Positions 54,661 through 64,000 of a DNA stretch of 64,000 nt are shown piece by piece. Below the pieces are notes generated by a model, which was given only the letters and a program-made list of their open reading frames with translations, was not told where the DNA came from and did not search any database. Every line of letters begins with the position of its first letter. Within the stretch, counting starts at the first letter, position 1. The position numbers and the translations under genes are program-made. This stretch comes from Octopus vulgaris (taxonomy: Eukaryota): contig OX597826.1 of NCBI GenBank assembly GCA_951406725.2, forward strand, positions 79,794,001 through 79,858,000. The letters are read 5' to 3'.

Positions 54661-56741
54661 TCCGTTATTTTATGTTTTTGTGAAAATCGTCCATGTATTA
54701 AAGTTAATTTTGAGGTAATCCTTATAGTTGTATGTCATTATAGAATTTTTGTTTGCTAATGTACAAATTTTATCTCTATCGAAATTGATGTCTTTTGAAA
54801 GCTACAACAAATATCCTATGATAGTGCTGCCGCTAATAATCATGGAAAATGTTTCGGCAATTCATTTAAACTAAAATCGCCCATAATGTATTGAATGTGA
54901 GAGGTAGCCAGCGCCTAAATAATTTGCTCCGTGGTAGATGGTTTCTATAGAGTTTTATTGATAGCATTGTTCTGTATCTGCTGCTGCTGCTGGTGAGACC
55001 CAGCTAGAGGCTAACATAACAGATATACCAGTAAAGCTTTGAAAAGGATTTAATTAAACTTAAAAGTGTGATTTGTCAATCATAGTTGAAGTTTTCAAAA
55101 TGAGTTAAAGTACGGTTGTTACTTCTTAAAACAACTCACCAATACATTCTCGCTAGCAGATAAGGTGAAAAACGTATATGAACATAACATGCACAAAGTA
55201 GGTTATTATTGAACAAAAATAACAGTTGCATATAAAAATCTTGCCCGACCACATACAGAATAATAAACGACCAGACGAAATTTTATCGACATAATTATTT
55301 TAATATAATTCCTTCTGTATTAAAAATGGAACGAAACTGAAATTTTCGAAGTATTTTCGAGTTGCCAATACCTTACGAAGATATTAGATGACGGCGTTCT
55401 AACCATACCAAACACCTTTACAAATAGAATGAGAGCCAGTAAAATTGGGATATACAGTAACAAGGAATTCGCCATATCTCATAATATGAACACGCATTAC
55501 ATAGACAAAAGTATAAAAATGTTAAATCCTTAAAATCCTCAAAAATGTTTCAGCCCGAAGGCCGCGGCCATGCTGGAGCACCTCCGCTAAAACAAAATAG
55601 GACCCTCGGGGTCCTTCGCCCGAAATGTTAGTTAATTAATTTATGTAATTTGATGTAGACTTTACGATAAACAATACCTCGAATATTATAAACGTCTCAT
55701 ATGGAACACCAAACCTGGCAAGCGGCAAATATTATGCAAACGGTAAACCATATGACGAAAAATGTACTTTCATAAATGTTCTCTTTTTCTTACAGTTATA
55801 AAGAACGCCATAAACAATATCAGTAAACGAGTCAGCAATTAATCATCTGAAAAAAAGAAGAGAAATTTAACGACGAACTACAATAGAATAAGAGAGAATT
55901 TACACGAAGTGGTTTCTCATAATCACTAAACAAAAACAAAAAGAAAATAAAACAAACAATTAAAACAAGGTGATTTCTTACATCGGAATGTTCCACTTGC
56001 GTGTCATAGATACTACATTTCATGTCGTTACCCTGTATAGGTTGCTCGCTATAGGGGTTTAAGTGGTCCAAATTTCCAACCATAAAATTACCCAGAAATA
56101 TGACACAATCACATAATGAATGTAAGGGTAGATAAAGTTAATTATCTACTTAACTATAAACAGTTGTTGAAGAAGTAGTTGTATAAAACTGATGAAGAAG
56201 ATATTTATCATACGGAAGAAGTTTTACGACGGATTTGTCGAAAATTCGTTAGAAGCAGTTTACACAAAACACATCTAATTGTTCAGATACTGCAACAAAA
56301 CAATATAACATAAATTCATTTTTTTAACGAACAAAAACATTTTACAGGGATGACATGTCCTGATTTGAATTTCTATAAATTTGATTCAGGATCTTCAGTA
56401 AGTAATTTGGCACTGGTAAGTCATTTCATTAGGGAATTTGCTTGTCTTTTATTTGTATTTCGAAAGTTTCGAGGAATTTTCTGATTCTTTGCTCTTATTT
56501 CATTACCTTTTGGTAGATAATGTTGTATATTCTTGCATTTCTTGGATTGTGTGTTGCGATGTAAATTTGAATATTTAGTGTATTGGTACCTCTTTCCTTG
56601 GTAATTCCCACTGCTCGTGCAAACACATACACACACATACATACATACATACATATATACATACATATATGAATACACACACGCATATTGTTGACGTCAT
56701 AGGAATTTAGAAACTTCTAGAACGTGAGATAATTTTTTGAG

Positions 56742-56860
56742 GAACAGTGAGTCTCGAAGCAGGCAAAGTTATAAATAATACTATGTAAGTATTGGGGTTT
56801 AAAATCGATATTTACACACTATTATTTATAGTTTTGCCTGCTTCCAGAGTCAGCATTCCC
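56742..56860. repeat. Imperfect inverted repeat (small MITE-like)
   Basis: gaagcaggcaaagttataaataata pairs with tattatttatagttttgcctgcttc. Confidence 0.8.
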
Positions 56861-56884
56861 AAAACTACACGCTTATATATATAA

Positions 56885-56971
<87 letters not shown>

Positions 56972-57912
56972 CGTGTGTGTTCGTGTATGCAGTCATTCTG
57001 TATTTCCCATATTCTTCTGTATAAGTCTGTGTCTAATTCTCGTTATCTACTCAATAATAATGATACAAAATACTTGCAACAGTTAATTTCGCATGAATCG
57101 CCACTGTTGCAGACTTAATTCGCCAACGCTTTCCAATCGCACATAGCGTGCACGTTAATCTGTGACTATGTAAATCTAGATTAAGATTTCTTTTCAAGTT
57201 TATTCAACATTCTGACAAATTTTAGGCAGTGTTTTTGTATTAATATTTATTTTCTCTTCTCGTTTTTGGTTGTGCATTGAGCCAGCATTAAAATTTTTGT
57301 TGTTGTCAATAGTGATGAGTTTTCCGTAACACGTAGCGCTTTTGTAAACCAATCACGAGAATAATACTCGTGGTTTCTCAGGTGGCTTCGATTTTCTTTT
57401 TCTTTTCTTTTTCATTCATCTTTCGCTTGCCATACAATCTTATTTCCTTTCTTCTAAGAAGCCGCAAATATCTGCTTTATCTTTCTACATAGTTCTGGAT
57501 CTGATGAATTTGTGACGGCAATTCGTACAAAACAACAATGCTTGTGATATAGGAAAAAGAACGATACAGTCGAATTAATTCCCATCGGGAGAAACTCACA
57601 TTTTCAACAAAGGTATCACCAAATCATAAATTTAAAGATTTTTTGCCCATGACACTACATGGACCCTAAGTAAGGCATGTGTAAAATTTGAATGAAATTA
57701 GTTGTGTAGTTCTCAAGCTTTTATAGATATAGATTACGAAAATCTCTCGTATCCTGCATATACGACTCCACTCTTGGGAATCTCTTAATTAGTGTCACTT
57801 ATATCATTACACTCACACACACACATATACACACACATGCACACGCACACATGCACACACTCGCGCACACACATATACCTCTATATAATAGTCGTACTAT
57901 GATCATATCTCT

Positions 57913-57945
57913 TCGACGAACAGTAATGTGAAACTCTGAGTAACA
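57913..57945 (+). ncRNA. Hammerhead-like motif with variant core UCGACGA, second copy
   Basis: TCGACGA ACA gtaa TGT GAAA CTC t GAG TA ACA; stem II shows a compensatory change relative to 47323-47332. Confidence 0.5.
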
Positions 57946-58078
57946 ATTTGTGAATATTTTTCAGCTTAAATAAAAAGTGTAAACATACATAACTACATAC
58001 AACATTGTACGAGTTAGCAGTGAGCTCTCTAAGAAGTACTCTCTTTCTGATGATCTCCTATACAGCCCCAAAATAGCT

Positions 58079-58602
58079 ATGTTCTCTTACCTGGACGGAC
58101 ACCACTCAGCATACAAAAACAAAAAGACTATGCATGGCTATGTTGCCCGGAAGCTTGAAAAAGACAGTAGAATTGGCACGAAGCGCAGCCTCTCTTGGAA
58201 ACATCACACTTTGAAGGCTATGCATTTGCAGTCCAGGAACAGGAGATTTCCACAAAGTGCATGGTGAACAAGAGATACAATGACGCTCTTGTAATCCCAA
58301 AGGTGCAACCGCATGTGTAGATAATGTTATGTTTCTGTGGAAGACATTATGCACGTGATTGTCCTAAAATGTCGTCACGGGGCTACCTCCCTATGCGGCA
58401 CGATGTTGTTGCTAAAGCAATTTACGATGCCATCCGCAAAAAAGAAATAAACTTAAACATTTCCTCTCTTATGAAATGCATTCATAAACACCAACTCAAG
58501 GAATACTGGTGGAATATTCCCATCAAAATTTATGTCAAATGTAAACATAACAGGCCGAATATTGTTGTTTGGGACAGAGGGGAAGATAGAAAACAAAATT
58601 AA
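58079..58602 (+). pseudogene. R4/Dong-type LINE relic: zinc knuckle and start of restriction-like endonuclease
   Basis: EGYAFAVQEQEISTK, CPKMSSRGYLPMRHDVVAKAIY and YWWNIPIK..KHNRPNIVVWDR (RHD and PD-like motifs), frameshifted. Confidence 0.8.
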
Positions 58603-58648
58603 AAAATATATAAAAGTAAAAAATAAAAGGGGGCAAAGGAAAGAAAAT

Positions 58649-59080
58649 TCACAGCAACAATGCACTTCTCAATACGTGTGACGTAACAGTTAAGACAATC
58701 TTTTGCACTTCCTGCAAGGATGGTAAGCCATGGATCACTCTTAAATAATTTTCACTTCCTGGTTTGATCATTCCAAGTGCTCCTGCAATCATCTTCAGAT
58801 ACCATATCTTTTCGATAGTGATTAGCAAATCTTTATATTTTCTGAGCTTATCAAATTCTTTTGCCGAGATACTATGGTCCCAGGGTTTGCTCGTGTCAAT
58901 CAATAAACATATTTTATTGTTTTGGTCTTTCATAACAATATCTAGTTTATTTGTCTTGATTGTTCGATCTGTACATACTGGGAAATCCCAAAGAATAGTT
59001 ACATTTTCTCCCTCAGATACAGCCTCAGGGTGGTGCTTGTACCATTTGCCAGAAGTTTTGATTTTATAATGCTGACACAT
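58649..59080 (-). pseudogene. R4/Dong-type LINE restriction-like endonuclease C-terminus
   Basis: WYKHHPEAVSEGENVTILWDFPVCTDRTIKTNKLDIV..CLLID..KEFDKLRKYKDL..GALG..QKIVL; abuts (TAA)n. Confidence 0.85.
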
Positions 59081-59084
59081 TATC

Positions 59085-59262
59085 CATTATTATTATTATT
59101 CTATGTTTGAATTTTGCTTTATGTCTGTACAAGTTGGCTCCAAGTCTCACCCAGAGACCTCAAGAGACAACAGGTTGAAGTTCACGTTGTTGTTATGCCT
59201 AGTGTGCCATATGTTTGGATTTTTGTGTTGTACTAGTGAATGTCTAATACATAGTTTAAAAA
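59085..59262 (-). mobile_element. Probable 3' UTR fragment of a (TAA)n-associated LINE
   Basis: Flanked by (TTA)n; shares gagacctcaagagaca with 62078-62093. Confidence 0.5.
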
Positions 59263-61515
59263 ATATTATTATTATTATCATTATTATTATTATTATTATT
59301 ATTAGACCCTTTAATCACGTCCATTATAACACTATTTGAATATAACAATCTGACAAAGGAGAGCCAACCTCTCATTTCCGACTAAAATCTACTTCTGTTG
59401 GATGTAATCTCATTATTTAAAAGGTGACTAATTACTGATGACATCGGGTCAAAGCGACACATATTTCAAGTGAATTACTTTGGCTACAACTGTATTTCAG
59501 TGGTTTGATTCACAGTGAGAAGATAAAATGACATTATTATCACAAGGAATATTGCCTGATTCTCTTCCGACGTCTTTTCCAGTGCATTCTTCTCATAAGA
59601 ATATTTACTTTTTGCATAGGCACAATGTATCGATATTTTCGACAAGGCTACTTTGATTGTAAAACACCAGTAATTGAGTGTCACTTATTTTGTGTACATG
59701 ATAGGAAAAAACAAATCAACTCGACCTAGTTTTGATCTACGTTATAAAGAGACACATCTAAATTCTTTAGATATTATTGTGGATTAATGATGAAAAGAAT
59801 CCTTATTTGAGTGATTTGAATAATGAGAAATGCTGTTGTGTATTTAAAATAAGGACGTAACTAAAGCAATGCTTTGGTAGTTACTGGAGATTAGTATTAA
59901 ATAAAATCTGTTACTATTTGATTTGAATGAAGAGAAATAGTGAAACGCAACTAAATGCGAATTACGAAGGGAGGTAACTAAAAAGAACTCGACCTCCTTC
60001 ACTAAAGTAACACCTGAGTGATTGTTGTGGACGAGTATTGATTGGTATGTATTGTTTCTTGTTAGTTTGCATAAAGAGGGATTAGGGTTCGAATTGTGAG
60101 TCGGAACTGTGACATGATCTTGATTTGAAATGGATTGCATTATTGCTTTATTACACATGCCTATAACGATTCAACGAGCGAGTCTTTACGTAGTCATTGG
60201 CTCTGTTAAAAATAGCAGCCAAATGTCAATGAAAGCACAGTACAGAGTCTAAAGAAGCAAAGCATTCCTTTCATAAAAATAGTTTTTCATACCCCTAAAA
60301 AGTCAGCGTAGTATCTTTTTTTAGTCCTTTGGCTGTAGGGTTGATCGACCAGAGTTGAGAAGGGAACCAAGCAACAATGACAGAATAACAAGAAGGCAAA
60401 TACAGTGAAGTTACCGTGGAGAAAAAAATCTCTCTTATGGCAAAAAGGTGTGAAAACACCCGGTTCGTTCAGTGTCGCCATCTATTAGGAATCCCAGACA
60501 TCGATGTTTTGAGTCTTTCGATTCTTGTCAGAGGGACAACTCTGGACGAACTTAATAAAGCCGTATCTTTAAGTATAATTCAGTGTAAGTTCAGTGTATT
60601 TGGCTTTTAGCAGTTGAAATATGTGACACGTATTTCTATTTACCTAATTCTGTTTATACTGAAACACTGCTTCGTGCTGACACTGCGTTACTCACAATTA
60701 ATAATATTTTTCTAATTTTGGCTCAAGGCCAGACGTTTTGAGAAGAAAGAGTGGTCAATTACAGTGAGCCTAGTACTTGCCCAAAGGCAAAAATGACCCC
60801 GGCGGAACTTAGAACATAATGATTGGGAAAAATGCCACCAAGCATTTTGACCCATCAGCACACCGCCTTCACAATTATTAATCTTGGTAGAGGCGAATAA
60901 AAGAATATACAACCATGGCTTCTTAGTTCGAATCCAACTAATGATGATTGTTGTCACTTCTGACAATAAACTCAATTAATCAGATTGTCCAATGTCCGTT
61001 TCTAATTGAGGAATAATCTGTCTTAGCATCATTATCTCTTTATCCTGCTTTTATTGTTAAAGCAAAATATTTGCATTTCTGAGGAACTGGCCACAAAATG
61101 AAAGAGATTTCCTATCGTCGGATCTTGTTGACATTGTTCGTCGAGATAATTAACAGACTTCTTGTAAATGAGGTGGTATTAATGTTTCGAGATTAATTAC
61201 AGAAACCGCAGATCATTCAGGAAGGGTTGCCACCATTTCATTGTCGTATCACCTTATTTCTACTCTCACACACTCAAGCACATACATACATACATACATA
61301 CATACATACATACATACATACATACATACATACATACGCAAACACACATACATATAAACCGCACGCGCGAACACACGCACATAAATTTATTCTCAATCAA
61401 TAATTGTTTTTTTTTATTTTAACATTTCTTTTTTTATTTATTACTTTCAGTCAACAATATAATATATATGCACCCCGCTTGTTTGGAATGGGTGCTTCTA
61501 TTTCTTAACCGTGTA

Positions 61516-61572
<57 letters not shown>

Positions 61573-62117
61573 ACACAAATGTGCACACATACGTGTACGC
61601 ACGCACACACACATAGACACTCATACATAGACATACACACATGCACAAACGCTCGCGCACGCACACACAGGTATACACATGCATGCTCATACATACACGT
61701 ACACGCGCACGCACACATACACATACATATATACACACGTACACTCACACGCGCATGCACACACACATACACACTTATACATACATACAAAACACATACG
61801 CGCGCACGCACGTAGACATATACACACATACATATACATACACACACAAACACACATACATACACATACACACACACGCACACGCACACACACATACATA
61901 CACAAATACACACACACACGCACACACATACACACATACACACACATATACACATATACACACACGAGTGCATGCACACACACACACATAGATACACATA
62001 CACGCGCACGCACACACTCATACAAAAGAACATGCAGAGGTACTCTTGAGGCGTGTTGCGGTAGAAGTCAGGTACCGGAGACCTCAAGAGACAAGTTGGA
62101 AGTTCTTGTTGGTGTTA

Positions 62118-62179
<62 letters not shown>

Positions 62180-62736
62180 GGGTGAGAGAGCAGTGCATGC
62201 CATCAAAGTGACACTGGGGTAAAATATACGAGGCCCAGTATACCCATCATGACTACCCGTCTGATAAGAGTACACTAGGCACATGCATCACAACCATATG
62301 TGTGCGAAATGGTGATCTCATATCAAGATAAACAGCACATGACCTTGCAGGTGGGGCCCAGTTAGAATTTTCTTCTGGTCGAGTAGCCCATCCCGCTCCA
62401 AAGTTCCCTGAGTAAGGGTTGTTTAAGGATGTTGAACGAAACACCCATGTTTCCAGAGGTGAATTATTCAAACTTCAAAGAATCCCTCTCGACACATGGC
62501 TATGATGCTCCCCAACTACTTCTGCTCGTGATCAGAGATGCACATATCGTCAGCCACTAAGGGACATGCTCAACTGGTTAAGGTCAAACAACTGACAAGC
62601 AAATCTGTGGTATTTAGCAGAACATTTGCTGTAGCCCATCTTTTATACCAAGACAAAACAATGTACATGATAACACTTCCAATCAGTTAAGATCAGAAGC
62701 CAGAGAGCCACTGCCTGATACTGCATCAGGGCATTC

Positions 62737-62737
<1 letters not shown>
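62180..62737. mobile_element. Interspersed element embedded between (TTA)n tracts
   Basis: Complex ~560-bp block with sharp (TTA)n boundaries on both sides; family not determined. Confidence 0.5.
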
Positions 62738-62808
<71 letters not shown>

Positions 62809-62810
<2 letters not shown>

Positions 62811-62884
62811 TGTCACTGCTTGGAATCGAACTCGGTATCTTGGGGTGAGTAGTCCGCGCTCTTAACCACTAAGCCATATGTCCC
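62809..62884 (-). mobile_element. tRNA-like Pol III head followed by (TAA)n
   Basis: rc ggacatatggcttagtggttaagagcgcggactactcaccccaagataccgagttcgattccaagcagtgacatg with A box tggcttagtgg and B box gagttcgattcc. Confidence 0.75.
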
Positions 62885-62893
62885 AGGTAGTGA

Positions 62894-62957
<64 letters not shown>

Positions 62958-63068
62958 CAGAAGAAGAAGAAGAAGAAGAAGAAGAAGAAGAAGAAGAAGA
63001 AGAAGAAGAAGACGAAGAACATCGAAAAATACCTTGGGGGCGAGAACCCAGGTTCGAAATTTCCCCAA

Positions 63069-63114
63069 GACACCTGATGAAGGCTGGAGGGTATATCAGC
63101 CGAAACGTTGTGTT
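63069..63114 (+). ncRNA. Minimal type I hammerhead ribozyme
   Basis: GACAC CTGATGA a GGCTG gagggtatat CAGCC GAAA CGT T GTGTT: 5-bp stem I, 5-bp stem II, canonical core, palindromic ACGT stem III. Confidence 0.75.
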
Positions 63115-64000
63115 AACAACAAAGAGGAGGACAAATATCTGTCAAATGTAAATAATGTACATAAATCCTCATCTCTTAAATATAGAACTGTATCTCAGTT
63201 ATATCTTGAATGCAGATATTCTAGCGCTGTATTTCATCGATCATGTTGATTGCCTCATCTGTGATGTTGCTATAGAGACAACAAAGGCAAGGGCGTTAGA
63301 TCAAATGTCTCATCAGTAAACCTATATAGCTTATTACGTATCCATGTTCTGGGGCGTAAGTTGCACGCTGCTAAAATACGCAGGCTGCCACAAGCAGCCA
63401 TTTAAATCCTTCTTATTATTTTAATGTGTTATGCTTAATTTAATACATTGTCATTAATTATCTTTTTATTATCTTTCTATCTCAGACAATAGAGAAAATG
63501 GATAAAAGAAATCCACAAAGCAGTCTAATAAACGAAGGGTAAAACAAAAGCCCTGGCGATGAACACAAAAATACATGAATAATTTATTTATAAAGAGCAG
63601 AAAAGCAAAAGGAAACAACAGCGATGTGAACAGCGATGGCCATTAACGAATTTTAATGGCGTTCATTAATATGGTAATGTCTCCAGATGGTCATTTTGCA
63701 TTTGAGAATATTAACAGATCTCATTGCTCGATAGAGATTTGGAGAAGAACCATGTCTGGGATCATTTGAATATCTGATAGTACAATAAAAACACTCTAGT
63801 GTAACTTTCTTATAGAATATTATAATGTACCTTCTTTGTGTTATGTTAGAAACTCAAGTTGCTTTTCTTATATTTGGCATAAAAGGCTATTTTTTAAAGT
63901 TAGAGTTTGCATTTTTAGTGGGAAGAACCTTGAACATCTAACAAGTAATAATTTTGCGGTGAGAAAGAAAAATGAAACAATAATAAACGAGAACTTTCTC

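Noticed and set aside
62809-62884. Functional tRNA gene
   Set aside because: A and B boxes are present but the acceptor and anticodon stems do not pair; treated as a SINE head.

Overview
AT-rich, microsatellite-saturated eukaryotic genomic DNA. Its repeat make-up (dense (TA)n/(CA)n/(TAA)n/(TACA)n tracts, several abundant tRNA-headed SINE families) points to a coleoid cephalopod, most likely Octopus; this taxon call is an inference. No intact host protein-coding gene can be supported: most ORFs in the track are microsatellite read-through and the rest are transposon relics. These include CR1/L2-group LINEs, R4/Dong-type RLE LINEs, RTE, Penelope-like elements (PLE) with a GIY-YIG domain, Tc1/mariner, hAT and MITEs. 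The most interesting content is RNA-structural. (i) About ten minimal type I hammerhead-ribozyme-like motifs in several repeat families, including one downstream of a tRNA-like Pol III head (62.8-63.2 kb) and two back-to-back ambisense pairs. (ii) An intron-containing tRNA-Lys(TTT) copy fused directly to a LINE 3' tail. (iii) A LINE/SINE 3' stem-loop whose stem sequence changes but whose pairing is kept across five families. (iv) Long fold-back palindromes. Element boundaries were read by eye and are approximate unless a TSD or TIR is quoted.
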